Assembly: GCA_965197645.1 (NCBI GenBank) | Contig: OZ240219.1 | Location: forward strand, 2,688,001-2,752,000 | DNA length: 64,000 nt | Direction: 5' to 3' | Source: Dehalococcoidia bacterium | Lineage (GTDB): Bacteria > Chloroflexota > Dehalococcoidia > Plut-88900 | In this document: piece after piece, positions 38,071-47,843 of the stretch | Numbering within the stretch: the first letter of the stretch is position 1 | Layout of the letters: every line of letters begins with the position of its first letter | Position numbers and translations under genes: made by a program | Notes under the pieces: model-generated | Told to the model about the DNA's origin: nothing | What the model saw: only the letters and a program-made list of their open reading frames with translations | Databases searched by the model: none

Positions 38071-40644
38071 TTGATCCCTTCTACCCTCAGCCTGAAAAAC
38101 TTCATGTGCTACCGGCGGACAGATCCTCCCCTGTCCTTCGATGGCATCCAGACGGCCTGCATCTGCGGCGACAACGGCCACGGCAAATCGGCCCTGCTGG
38201 ACGCCATCACGTGGGCGCTGTGGGGCAGGGCCCGGACCCGCAGCGCCGACCAGCTGGTCCACCTGGGCGAATCGGACATGGAGGCCGAGCTGGAGTTCAC
38301 CTCCAGCAGTGATCGCTACCGGGTGATTCGTAAGCACACCCTGGGCAGGCCGGGCAGAGCGGGACAGACCGTGCTGGAGCTCCACGCCGCGTCCGACCCC
38401 GAGGGTTCAACCTATCGACCCATTACGGCCAACACCGTTCGGGAGACGCAGAAGCGGATCATCGATCTACTGCGCATGGACTACGATACATTCGTGAACA
38501 GCGCCTTCCTCCGCCAGGGCCGCGCCGACGAGTTCACAGTGCGTACCGCCAAGGAGCGCAAGCAGGTGCTCAGCGAGATACTGGGCTTATCCCTCTACGA
38601 CGATCTGGAGGCCAACGCCAGGAAAAAGGCCCGGGCGCAGGAAATGGAGGCGAGCATCCTGGAGCGGGACATCGAAGCGATAGACGTGGACCTGGAGCAC
38701 AAGTCCGAGTACGAGGCCCAACGGTCTCAAGCGGAGATTCAGGCGGAAAAGATCGATAGGGAAGAGGCCTCCCAGAGGGGCCAACTCCAGCAGTTGGGTC
38801 TTCGCCGAAACCTGTTGCAGGCAAAAGAGGACGAGCTCGACCATCTGCAGCGAAGGCTCGGCCAGCGCACCGCGGACCTGGAACTGACCAGGTCCGACAT
38901 CCACCGCACCCGGAGTAAGCTTCAAGCGCACAGCGAGGTGCTGTCCAGACGGGACTCTATCGAGGAGGGTTACTCCCAGTATCGAGAGTCGCTGCAGAGA
39001 AAGGAAGGGCTGGACCGCAAGCTGGCCGCGTCCACCCTGCTAATCGAGCGGCGGGGCCGGCTGGACAAGCAGATCGCCGACCATCGAGCGGAGGTACTGG
39101 CCAGAAGGGAGCGGCTCCAGACCCAGTTGGAGCAGCTCCAGGACAGGGTCAACGGCCTTCCGTCGTGGGAAGAGGAGCTGGTGGACCTCGCATTGAAGAT
39201 CTCAAACTTCAACGAGCTGGATGCCGAGATCCGGCATGATCGCGATCGAGCACAGGGGCTATCGGCTCAGGCCCACCACCTCAAGACCCTCAATGCCCAG
39301 CTCAGGAACGAGATGAACGAACTGAAGGACAAGGTGGAGATGCTGACCGATGGAGAGACCCAGTGCCCGCTATGCGGGGGCACCCTGGGCGAAGAGGGTA
39401 TCGATCACATCCGACAGTCCTATCAGCAGCAGGGTGAGGAGAAGAGGGACAAATATCGGGAAAACGAAAAGTCCGCCGAGACCATGGGCACGGAACAGGC
39501 CCGGCTGGAAAAGGAGCTGCGGACTAGGGAGGCGTCCCTCAACAAAGACAGGACCAGCGCCCAGGGCAGGGTCTCCGTGTTGGAGCGAGACGTGGAGCAA
39601 GCGAAGAGCGCCCGTGAAGGCATGGAGTCCACGGCCGAAGAGCTGAAGCTGGTTCAAGAACGGGTCTCCCAAGGAAGCTTCGCCGCCGACCTTCAACAGG
39701 AGCTGTCCGAAGTCCAGTCGGAAATAGGGGACCTGAGCTACAGCGCCGAGGCTCATCAGGAAGAAAACGGACGCCTGGTAGCCCTCAAATCGTTCGAGGA
39801 GCAACACCGGAACCTGCAGGAGGCGCAGGAGCGATTGCCGGAGCTGGAGGAATCGGTGAAGCGCCTGCAGGGGAGGGAGGAATCGCTGACCGCAGAGATG
39901 GAGCAGGACTCCCAGAGAAAGGATTCCATCTCCGCCGAGCTCCAGGGACTTCCCCAGCTTCTCAATGAGCTGGACTCTGTATCCCGTATACACGAGGGGC
40001 TGCTGGCCGACCAGCGACGATGGCGGGAGACTCTGGCCACCCTGCGCGAGAAGCTGAGAAGGATCGAGCAGCTGGAATCTAATCGAAAGGCCAAAGAGTC
40101 GGAGCTCAAGCAAGCCGCCCACCAAAGAGGCATCTTCGAGGAGCTGGCCCACGCCTTCGGCAAAAGCGGTGTCCAAGCCCTCATCATCGAGACGGTGCTC
40201 CCGGAGCTGGAGGATGAAGCAAACCGTCTGCTGGGCCAGATGACCGATAACCGGATGCACGTAAAGATGGAGACCCAGCGGGAGAAGAAGACGGGCGGCG
40301 CCCAGGAAACGCTGGATATCAACATCTCCGACGAGCTGGGCACCCGACCTTACGAGCTGTACAGCGGCGGGGAGGCCTTTCGGATCAACCTCGCGCTGCG
40401 GATAGCCCTTTCCAAGCTGCTGGCCCACAGGGCCGGCGCGCCTCTACCCATCCTCTTCATGGACGAGGGATTCGGCACCCAGGACGGTCCCGGCCGGGAA
40501 AAGCTGCTGGAAACGATCAACGCCATACAGCCCGACTTTGAAAAGATTATAGTGATAACCCACATCGACGAGATGAAGGAGGCCTTCCCCACCCGCATCC
40601 AAGTGACCAAAGGCCCGGAGGGCTCTACCTTCTCCGTAAACTAA
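38071..40644 (+). CDS. sbcC: SbcC/Rad50-type SMC ATPase
   Basis: GDNGHGKS Walker A, LRQG Q-loop, long coiled coil with CPLC hook, YSGGE signature, MDEGF Walker B, VITH. Confidence 0.93.
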   Translation: MIPSTLSLKNFMCYRRTDPPLSFDGIQTACICGDNGHGKSALLDAITWALWGRARTRSADQLVHLGESDMEAELEFTSSSDRYRVIRKHTLGRPGRAGQTVLELHAASDPEGSTYRPITANTVRETQKRIIDLLRMDYDTFVNSAFLRQGRADEFTVRTAKERKQVLSEILGLSLYDDLEANARKKARAQEMEASILERDIEAIDVDLEHKSEYEAQRSQAEIQAEKIDREEASQRGQLQQLGLRRNLLQAKEDELDHLQRRLGQRTADLELTRSDIHRTRSKLQAHSEVLSRRDSIEEGYSQYRESLQRKEGLDRKLAASTLLIERRGRLDKQIADHRAEVLARRERLQTQLEQLQDRVNGLPSWEEELVDLALKISNFNELDAEIRHDRDRAQGLSAQAHHLKTLNAQLRNEMNELKDKVEMLTDGETQCPLCGGTLGEEGIDHIRQSYQQQGEEKRDKYRENEKSAETMGTEQARLEKELRTREASLNKDRTSAQGRVSVLERDVEQAKSAREGMESTAEELKLVQERVSQGSFAADLQQELSEVQSEIGDLSYSAEAHQEENGRLVALKSFEEQHRNLQEAQERLPELEESVKRLQGREESLTAEMEQDSQRKDSISAELQGLPQLLNELDSVSRIHEGLLADQRRWRETLATLREKLRRIEQLESNRKAKESELKQAAHQRGIFEELAHAFGKSGVQALIIETVLPELEDEANRLLGQMTDNRMHVKMETQREKKTGGAQETLDINISDELGTRPYELYSGGEAFRINLALRIALSKLLAHRAGAPLPILFMDEGFGTQDGPGREKLLETINAIQPDFEKIIVITHIDEMKEAFPTRIQVTKGPEGSTFSVN

Positions 40645-40700
40645 CCCAGCCGCGATTTCATACAACACCTCTCGCCTTCGTGATATCCTAACCACCGAAA

Positions 40701-41606
40701 ATGAGGCCCAGGCAGCTTATCCAGACGCGCGCCCTCACCAAGCTCTATGGTGAGACCATCGGAATCGACTCCCTATACCTGGACGTGGCCGAAGGCGAGA
40801 CCTTCGGTCTCTTCGGTTACGATGGGGCCGGCAAAACAACGATTATTAGCCTGCTGCTCGGACTGATTCAACCGACCTACGGCGAAGCGGACGTGCTGGG
40901 GTTCGATACCCTTAAAGACTCCTACCTGATCCGGTCGCACTCAGGCTGCATACCCGGTAACTTCAACTTCTACGGTGGCCTTACCGGCGAGGACTTCCTG
41001 AATATGTGCGCCAAGACGCGCAATAAAGGGTCCGAGCGAAGGACGGAGCTGGTGGAAAGGCTGGGCGTGGATACGTCCACTCACTTCGACGCATACGCCA
41101 TCGGCGACAAGCAGAAGCTGGCCCTCGTCCAGGCGCTTATGCACGATCCTCCCCTGCTGATTCTGGACAACCCGTTGGGCGGTCTTGATCATCCGTCCAG
41201 AGAGGCCTTCACCGAGATCTTGATGGAGGAGCGCGATCGGGGGAAAACGATACTTCTATCGACGAACTCCCCCGCTGAGATCGTCCGTCTGTGCGATAGG
41301 GTCGGCCTTCTTCGGGAGGGAGAGTTGATAGAGGCAAAGGCCATGGACGAACTCAAGGACCTCCTGGGCCGGCGAGTACGCATTACATTCCGAGAAAAGG
41401 TGGACCTGGAAGACATCATAACCGAGGACGTCCGCTTCGTGAGCCATGACGGCCTAGAGTGGGTGCTGGCGGTGCGTCGGGAGATGGGCAGCCTGATAAG
41501 ACGTATAGGCCAGCGCCGGGTGGCAGACGTGGTATACCTCGACGATGCCGTAGAGCAGGCTCTAATCGAGATGCTTAAAGGGGAGCCCCAGCCGATGCTG
41601 CTATGA
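40701..41606 (+). CDS. ABC-2 type ATP-binding protein with degenerate motifs
   Basis: GYDGAGKTT Walker A; signature YAIGD, Walker B ILDNP and H-loop STNS are non-canonical. Confidence 0.85.
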   Translation: MRPRQLIQTRALTKLYGETIGIDSLYLDVAEGETFGLFGYDGAGKTTIISLLLGLIQPTYGEADVLGFDTLKDSYLIRSHSGCIPGNFNFYGGLTGEDFLNMCAKTRNKGSERRTELVERLGVDTSTHFDAYAIGDKQKLALVQALMHDPPLLILDNPLGGLDHPSREAFTEILMEERDRGKTILLSTNSPAEIVRLCDRVGLLREGELIEAKAMDELKDLLGRRVRITFREKVDLEDIITEDVRFVSHDGLEWVLAVRREMGSLIRRIGQRRVADVVYLDDAVEQALIEMLKGEPQPMLL

Positions 41607-42427
41607 GCCCAAGCCTGCTGCTTCTAAACCTCAAGACAAACCGGACCGGCCTTGTGGGGTGGGCCCTCTTCCTCGGTGCTTACGCGCTGTTCGTGGTCTA
41701 TCTGTATCCATCGATAGACGACGCGTCGTATCTCGTGGACCAGCTCCGAGGCCTGCCCTTGGAGGTCCAGACGGCCATCGGGCTGGGCGAGGAGACCCTG
41801 GAAACGGTGTTTCCCCAGGGAGAGTTCTCGTTCTACGGCGCCATGGCCACCCAGTACCTGGTCTGGTGGCCGGTGTTTGTGGGCATATACGCCATCCTGT
41901 TCGGCTCGGCGGCAGTGGCGGGAGACGTCGAATCGGGCGTAACCAACATTCTCCTCTGCCAGCCGTTGCGGCGATACAAGATCCTGCTATCCAAGACCTG
42001 GGCGTTCATGCTAGTCCTGTCGGTGCTCGGCGTCATCTCCTGGAGCGCAGTTATGGCGGCGGCGGTGGTCAATGACATAGACGTGTGCGCGGCCAAAATG
42101 GCGATAGCCCATGCCGTCGGCATGTTGCTGGTGCTGGCGATTTTCAGCTACTCAGTGATGGCCTCCTCGATTTTCGGTCGGGCTCGCAGCGCGTTGGGAA
42201 TGGCAGCCCTGGTCACCTTTGCTTTCTATATGATCAATTTAATGGCCCCCACCTTCGGCGAAGCCGGTTGGCTGCAAAACGGGTCATTGTTCTACTTCTA
42301 CCAGCCCTTCCGGCTGCTCACCGATGCGGAAGTCAACTGGGTGGGGATAGCCGCCTACGGCGGGATAGTCATCGGGTGCCACGTTGTCGCCCTGTACGCC
42401 TTCCAGAGGCGAGACCTGGTCAGATAG
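41603..42427 (+). CDS. ABC-2 type permease
   Basis: About six TM segments; AGDVESG...LLCQPLRRYKILLSK motif; ATGA overlap. Confidence 0.88.
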   Translation: MSPSLLLLNLKTNRTGLVGWALFLGAYALFVVYLYPSIDDASYLVDQLRGLPLEVQTAIGLGEETLETVFPQGEFSFYGAMATQYLVWWPVFVGIYAILFGSAAVAGDVESGVTNILLCQPLRRYKILLSKTWAFMLVLSVLGVISWSAVMAAAVVNDIDVCAAKMAIAHAVGMLLVLAIFSYSVMASSIFGRARSALGMAALVTFAFYMINLMAPTFGEAGWLQNGSLFYFYQPFRLLTDAEVNWVGIAAYGGIVIGCHVVALYAFQRRDLVR

Positions 42428-42442
42428 CCGCCGTCCAAAATC

Positions 42443-42471
42443 TTGACCGGCCCACCCTGTAAAGCTATGCT
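42443..42471 (+). promoter_or_regulatory. Promoter of tRNA-Pro
   Basis: TTGACC-N17-TATGCT, 9 nt upstream of the tRNA. Confidence 0.65.
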
Positions 42472-42480
42472 TTGAAGGCG

Positions 42481-42557
42481 CGGGGCGTAGCGCAGTCCGG
42501 TAGCGCGCCACGTTTGGGACGTGGAGGTCCCGGGTTCGAATCCCGGCGCCCCGACCA
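42481..42557 (+). tRNA. tRNA-Pro(TGG)
   Basis: CGGGGCGTAGCGCAGTCCGGTAGCGCG-CCACG TT TGG GA CGTGG-...GGTTCGAATCCCGGCGCCCCGACCA. Confidence 0.97.
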
Positions 42558-42627
42558 GACACTCTTAATGTTACCTTCGAACCGGGCCGGTTCACGCATC
42601 TAGACATCGATACGGGAGGTGGTATGG

Positions 42628-42768
42628 ATGCTCAATCTGATCGGTAAGCTCTTCGCCGTCATCGGACTCCTCACCGTGCTGGGGCTGGCCGCCGTCGCTG
42701 TGGTGGTCGCCCTGCTGTGGTGGCAGGACAGGCAGTGGCAGGAACGCACCGAATACAACGATGAGTAG
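42628..42768 (+). CDS. Small single-TM membrane protein (46 aa)
   Basis: GGAGGT RBS; MLNLIGKLFAVIGLLTVLGLAAVAVVVALLWWQDRQWQERTEYNDE*; stop abuts the next start. Confidence 0.7.
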   Translation: MLNLIGKLFAVIGLLTVLGLAAVAVVVALLWWQDRQWQERTEYNDE

Positions 42769-44037
42769 GTGACTATGACTCAATCTAATGACGGCTCCGT
42801 GATCACCATCCGTGCAAAGAGAGTAATCGATGGGCTGGGTGGAAAGCCTCGAGAAGGCTCGGCCGTGCTTGTTCAGGGCAGCCGCATCGAGGACATAGTC
42901 GGTATCGGAGAGGCCCCCGCTGCAACGGTTCACGACTATTCGGACTGCACGGTGTTGCCCGGCCTCATCGACTGCCACACCCACACCAACATGCCGGGCA
43001 ACGGGCGGACGGGCGAAGACGTGGACGGAGAGTCGGACAAGATGCGTCTTGCCCGGGCTCGAGAGAACATCCGCGCGGCGTTGGAAACGGGCTGTACGAC
43101 TCTCTGCGACAATGGCGCCTGGAACCGGACCGGGTTTGACCTCAAACGGGAGGTCCAGGAAGGTACGATAACCGGCGCCGACGTTCTGGTGTGCGGCAAT
43201 CCGATAACCATCATGCGGGGTCACTGCTGGTTCATGGGAGGCGAGGTGGAAGGGGTCGATGGGGCCAGAGAGAAGGCCAGATACTTCCTGGACCAGGGCG
43301 CCGATTTCCTGAAGACCATGACCACCGGCGGCAGCACCCTGGGGACCAAGCCCTACGCCGCAGCCTTCAGGCCGGAGCAGCTCGAGGCCATAGTGGAGGA
43401 GGCGGGAAAGCGGGACAGGTATACGGTAGGTCATGCTCGCTGCAAGGCTGGCATCTCGATGGCTACCGATGCAGGTTTCAACATGATCGCTCACTGCGTG
43501 TTCGCCGACCCAGACGAGAAGTACAACTTCGATCCGGAGCTGGGACAGAGGATGGCCGACAAAGGGGTGTGGAACAACCCAACCCTCCACATCTGGCGGT
43601 CCCGGGTCGTCGAGCTGAAGGCTATAGCCGAAACACGAGAGCTCGACGCCGCGGAGCTGGAGCAGATCGAACAGGGCGAGAGAGCCTTCCGGGAGAGGAC
43701 CGACGAATGCGGCCGGCTCCTGGAGATGGGAGTGGGGTTCGTAGCCGGGTCGGACTGCGGCTGGGGAGTCTATCCCTTCGAGCACGCGGTTGCGTGGGAA
43801 GCGGACGCTCTCGTAACCGCCGGACTCACTCCGATGCAGGCCATTTTGGCCTCAACCAGCGATGCGGCTAAGGCCATCAGGATCTCCCGGCGGGTTGGAA
43901 GCCTGGCGCGGGACAAGCAGGCGGATATGCTGGTCGTGCAGGGCGACCCGTCGGAGGATATCGGCGCCCTTAGAAACGTGGTGCAGGTCTACAAGGCCGG
44001 CAGGCCCGTACTGGACCCTGCCACCGCTAGCTCTTGA
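42769..44037 (+). CDS. Amidohydrolase family protein
   Basis: PGLIDCHTH, LKTM, GHAR, AHC, AGSD, ADMLVVQGDP. Confidence 0.92.
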   Translation: MTMTQSNDGSVITIRAKRVIDGLGGKPREGSAVLVQGSRIEDIVGIGEAPAATVHDYSDCTVLPGLIDCHTHTNMPGNGRTGEDVDGESDKMRLARARENIRAALETGCTTLCDNGAWNRTGFDLKREVQEGTITGADVLVCGNPITIMRGHCWFMGGEVEGVDGAREKARYFLDQGADFLKTMTTGGSTLGTKPYAAAFRPEQLEAIVEEAGKRDRYTVGHARCKAGISMATDAGFNMIAHCVFADPDEKYNFDPELGQRMADKGVWNNPTLHIWRSRVVELKAIAETRELDAAELEQIEQGERAFRERTDECGRLLEMGVGFVAGSDCGWGVYPFEHAVAWEADALVTAGLTPMQAILASTSDAAKAIRISRRVGSLARDKQADMLVVQGDPSEDIGALRNVVQVYKAGRPVLDPATASS

Positions 44038-45190
44038 GGCTGGATACAGCCCCGGCTATCGTCTCCAACTCCTCTTCCGTGTTGAAAAAGTCGGTTGCGA
44101 ACCGGACGCAACCCAGCTCTGTCACGGCCCGTGCGACGATGTTGTGCTCAGTCCACAGCCGCTCGACGGCGGGTCCGCACTCGACCCCATCGAGCCTGAT
44201 GGATGTCAGACCGGTGACGGCCGGCCCTTCTTCCGGTGTCAGCAGCGAGACGCCGGGTATCTCCGTAAGCCTGGCCTTCAGTTGACCCGCCAGCTCCTTG
44301 TTTCGGGCTTCGATATCCGCCATGCCGACCTCTTCGATGAACCCGATGGTCTCGTTGAACCCCACGATCACCGGGGTACTGGTGGTGGTCAGCCCGTACT
44401 TGTCCGTCGAATCCGAATCGGGGGTCAGTGCCAACGGCTGCTCTTCCGAGTCCACGGCGTAGTATCCGACCTGGGCGGGCTCGATCAGTGGCACCAGGTC
44501 CCGCCGGATGTAGACGGCGCCTGCACCATCGGGCCCCAGCAGCCACTTGTGGCAGGGTATCGAGTAGAACTCCACTCCCAGCGAGGGTAGATCAAGCTCG
44601 ATGTGGCCCGGGGTCTGAGCGCCGTCCAGCAGCATGTAGATGCCCCGTCCCTCGGTGAGTCGCCGAAGTTCTGGGACCGGCATGCGAAGCCCGTTGGAGT
44701 ACTGGATATGGCTGAACACCAGCATGCGGGTCCGGGAGGTCAGCTTCTTCTCCACGTTGCTGACGATGTCATCCCAGCTGTCGTCGTGGCTCAGGGAGAC
44801 CACCCTCACCTTGACGCCTTTGCGCCGCTGCAGGTACAGGCAGGGGATCATCACAGAGCTGTGCTCGATATCGAAGGTGATGATCTCGTCGCCCTCTTCC
44901 CAGGGGAAGCCGTTGAGCACGATGTTGAGGCCCTCGGTGGTGTTCTGGGTCAGCCCGATCTCCTCTGCGGTCGCATTGAGGAGCCGTGCGATGGACTGCT
45001 TGGCCCGGTCTTTGATCTCGTGGGAGCTCTCCAGTACCGGTTGGCTGGTGGGGCCGTTGTAGCTTTCGTATTCCAGCCGCTCTCTTATCGCTTCGACCAC
45101 CGGTGTGGGAGTCGGACCGGACCATCCGGTGTTCACATAGGTCATTCTCTGACAGGTGGGGATCTGCTCTCTGAGGCGCGCTATGTCCAT
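44027..45190 (-). CDS. Class V PLP-dependent enzyme (C-S lyase/isopenicillin epimerase-like)
   Basis: NTTEGLN, EHSS, DGAQ, CHKWLLGPDG. Confidence 0.9.
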   Translation of the reverse strand: MDIARLREQIPTCQRMTYVNTGWSGPTPTPVVEAIRERLEYESYNGPTSQPVLESSHEIKDRAKQSIARLLNATAEEIGLTQNTTEGLNIVLNGFPWEEGDEIITFDIEHSSVMIPCLYLQRRKGVKVRVVSLSHDDSWDDIVSNVEKKLTSRTRMLVFSHIQYSNGLRMPVPELRRLTEGRGIYMLLDGAQTPGHIELDLPSLGVEFYSIPCHKWLLGPDGAGAVYIRRDLVPLIEPAQVGYYAVDSEEQPLALTPDSDSTDKYGLTTTSTPVIVGFNETIGFIEEVGMADIEARNKELAGQLKARLTEIPGVSLLTPEEGPAVTGLTSIRLDGVECGPAVERLWTEHNIVARAVTELGCVRFATDFFNTEEELETIAGAVSSLKS

Positions 45191-45236
45191 TGGATACTCC
45201 TGATAGGTGGGGAAATTGGGGCGAGTATACCACAGG

Positions 45237-45599
45237 CTATTCCGGGACCACCGCCCTACCGTACCTGTCCTCCAGCCGGACTATATCGTCCTCTTCCAGG
45301 TAGTCGCCAAGCTGGACTTCGATGATCACCAAGGGGGAACCACCATCGTTTTCAATCCTATGCACCGCTCCCCTGGGAACTTCAACGGTGGCGCCAGGTA
45401 CAAGGTCGATGGCCCGTTTGTCAGCGATCGCTCTACCGCTTCCACCAACTACCGTCCAGTGTTCATGCCTGTGCTGATGGTACTGGAGAGAGAGCGCTTC
45501 TCCGGGGGCCACGGTCAGCTTCTTTACCTGGTAACCCGGGCCTGAACCCAGTATCTGATAGACGCCCCAGGGACAGGATACCGGCTCTGATTCTGACAT
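45237..45599 (-). CDS. Type II phosphomannose isomerase C-terminal cupin protein
   Basis: PWG, LSLQYHQHRHEHW, HRIEN, IEVQLGDYLEEDDIVRLEDRYGR. Confidence 0.92.
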   Translation of the reverse strand: MSESEPVSCPWGVYQILGSGPGYQVKKLTVAPGEALSLQYHQHRHEHWTVVGGSGRAIADKRAIDLVPGATVEVPRGAVHRIENDGGSPLVIIEVQLGDYLEEDDIVRLEDRYGRAVVPE

Positions 45600-45666
45600 C
45601 TCCACTCCAATGAGACCAGCTTGGATTCCAGCGATCTTCAATTATGCGGTCGGCACGTTGGCAAGT

Positions 45667-46842
45667 CTACCGGTCCAGGCTCCTAAGCCCACGGGGATAG
45701 TCCGTCAACACCTCGGACCCGTCCTTGGTGACCAGGACCATGTCCACGGTATTGAAACCTCCCACGCCCGGCGCGGAGATACCCGGCTCCATGGAAGTGA
45801 TCATTCCCTCCTGCAACACCGTATCGTTGTAAGACCTCAGCTCGCCCATCTTCTCCCTGCCCCACCACGGTCCCATCAGGCCGAAGGAGTGGCCGGTCCC
45901 CATGCCTTTGCTGCCGCCGTAACCGGCATCTTCGAAGTGCTTGGTGGTCAGCTTATCGATGTCCGAGAACTTCACCCCCGGCTTGATCGCCTCTAGGGCC
46001 CTGTTGACCGCCTCCTGCTGCACCTCGTTGGGCCGTTTCATCTCCTCGGGGATATCACCCAGAAAGTAGCTGCGACCCAGGGTACTGAAGTACCCCATGA
46101 TTACGGGACAGGCCGTTACACCGGCCCGTTTCCCTCGCTCGATCCGTGTCGAGCTTGGTCCTGCATGCCCCCAGTCGCGACCCGAGCCTGCCCGGCAGTA
46201 GAAGGGATAGGGTTGGAACTCGAAGTCGGGGAAGCGTCTGGCGAACTCGGTCCCCGAAGCCTCGATCATTGCCCTGGCTACGTCGATCTCGGTGGCGCCA
46301 ACCTGAATCGCTTCCTCGGCGGCCCTAACGCTGATTACGCACAGCTCCGCGCCATGCCTCGATAGGTCGATCTCCTCCTGTGACTTGACAAGCCTCTGGC
46401 GTTCTATCTGGTCCGAGACGTCCACCAGCGTAAACGCGGGCAGAGCTTTGCTCAGGGCTTCAAACATGAACACGGGCATCCAGTCGGCCTCGATGCCTAT
46501 CTTCCCGCCTCCTATGCCCCGCTCGGCCAGCACGTCTTTCATCATCCGCACACAGCCGTTCAGCGGGGTCTCATAATCGTTGTAGTCGCGAACATCGGCT
46601 ATCCAGGTGAAGTCCTTGACCCGCCCGACCTCGGTGTTGGCGGTAATCATCGCCGGCTCTTCGTTCAGCGGCAGTACGGCAGCCACGAAACGGCCGTTGG
46701 GCTCGGCGAAGAAGAACCCTCCCAGGTAGACCAGGTTATGGACCGAGGTCACGATGGTACAGGCTACCCCTTCCCGGTCCATCGTCTCCTTAAGCTCCGC
46801 TACTCTCCTCTGCATCTCCTGATCGCTGAATATCCTGGGCAT
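45667..46842 (-). CDS. Creatinase-like M24-fold amidinohydrolase/peptidase
   Basis: FSDQEMQRR, RLVKSQEE, GHSFG...GRE...ELR..NDTVL..GMITSMEP. Confidence 0.8.
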   Translation of the reverse strand: MPRIFSDQEMQRRVAELKETMDREGVACTIVTSVHNLVYLGGFFFAEPNGRFVAAVLPLNEEPAMITANTEVGRVKDFTWIADVRDYNDYETPLNGCVRMMKDVLAERGIGGGKIGIEADWMPVFMFEALSKALPAFTLVDVSDQIERQRLVKSQEEIDLSRHGAELCVISVRAAEEAIQVGATEIDVARAMIEASGTEFARRFPDFEFQPYPFYCRAGSGRDWGHAGPSSTRIERGKRAGVTACPVIMGYFSTLGRSYFLGDIPEEMKRPNEVQQEAVNRALEAIKPGVKFSDIDKLTTKHFEDAGYGGSKGMGTGHSFGLMGPWWGREKMGELRSYNDTVLQEGMITSMEPGISAPGVGGFNTVDMVLVTKDGSEVLTDYPRGLRSLDR

Positions 46843-47020
46843 GCTGTGCTCCTACGGGTGTTCATACACATTCACTGAGATTGAACGGTATCGCTTGAAT
46901 CACTTTCGAACGGGCCAATGGGAAAGGGAACTGCCAAGCGTAGTTTAGGTATCGCCTTCGGCTAAATCAAGCTGTGGGGCATGTATACTGTGCGCGGCCC
47001 ATTCGGCCAGGAGGAGCAGA

Positions 47021-47683
47021 TTGAAAATCGATATAGATGCCGTGGACCATTTACTCACAACCACCAGAGGTGTTCGTAAACGGATCGACTGGGACAGACC
47101 CGTGGAGCCGGAGGTCATCGAGAAGTGTATAGGGATCTCCATGCAATCTCCCGTTGGTTCCCTGGCCCAGAAGCGGCACTTCATCGTGGTTACCGATCCC
47201 GAGAAACGCAGGCAGGTGGGCGACGTCTATCGCAAGGCCTGCTATCCATACCTGGAGGAGAGGAAGAAGCTGGCGGCTGGGCTGCAGGACGAGTCCGAGG
47301 CGAAGCTCATCAGCCAAAATCTGGTCCTGGCGGAGTATCAGGCCGACCGCATGCACGACCACCCGGTGCTGTTCATCCTGGCGCTGGACGGGCGGGTAGA
47401 GAATGACGAGCCGTCGATCCAGGCGGGGTTCTACGGTTCGATCCTCCCGGCGGCTTGGTCGCTGATGCTGGCCCTCCGGTCTCGAGGCATCGGTTCCTGT
47501 TGGACGACCCTTCACCTGGTCCACGAGGCAGATGCGGTCGAGGCCCTGGGGATTCCGGAGGATATTACGCAGGTGGCGTTGATCTCGGCCGGCTACTACA
47601 CGGGCGAGGACTTCAAGCCTGCCAAACGATTGCCTGCCAAAGAGCAGATACATTGGGACCGATGGGGCCGCCACGAGCCGTAA
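47021..47683 (+). CDS. Nitroreductase family protein
   Basis: LLTTTRGVRKRID, GSILPAAWSLMLALRSRGIGSCWTTLH. Confidence 0.92.
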   Translation: MKIDIDAVDHLLTTTRGVRKRIDWDRPVEPEVIEKCIGISMQSPVGSLAQKRHFIVVTDPEKRRQVGDVYRKACYPYLEERKKLAAGLQDESEAKLISQNLVLAEYQADRMHDHPVLFILALDGRVENDEPSIQAGFYGSILPAAWSLMLALRSRGIGSCWTTLHLVHEADAVEALGIPEDITQVALISAGYYTGEDFKPAKRLPAKEQIHWDRWGRHEP

Positions 47684-47826
47684 GGGCTTGTATCAAAAGC
47701 ACGTATGCTTTTGTCCCAGCCGCCCGCCCTCGGACGATTTGGTAATTGGGGGAACGTCCCCCAAGCCCCCTGCCAGAGGGAAGTCTCCCTTTGGACTCCC
47801 TAGACGGAGAGTTCTGAGACAAGCTC
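47684..47826. mobile_element. 143-bp MITE with imperfect TIRs and 4-bp target duplication
   Basis: Left end GGGCTTGTATCAAAA vs right-end reverse complement GAGCTTGTCTCAGAA (12/15); GTAA on both flanks. Confidence 0.75.
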
Positions 47827-47843
47827 GTAAGCGCAGCTATCCC

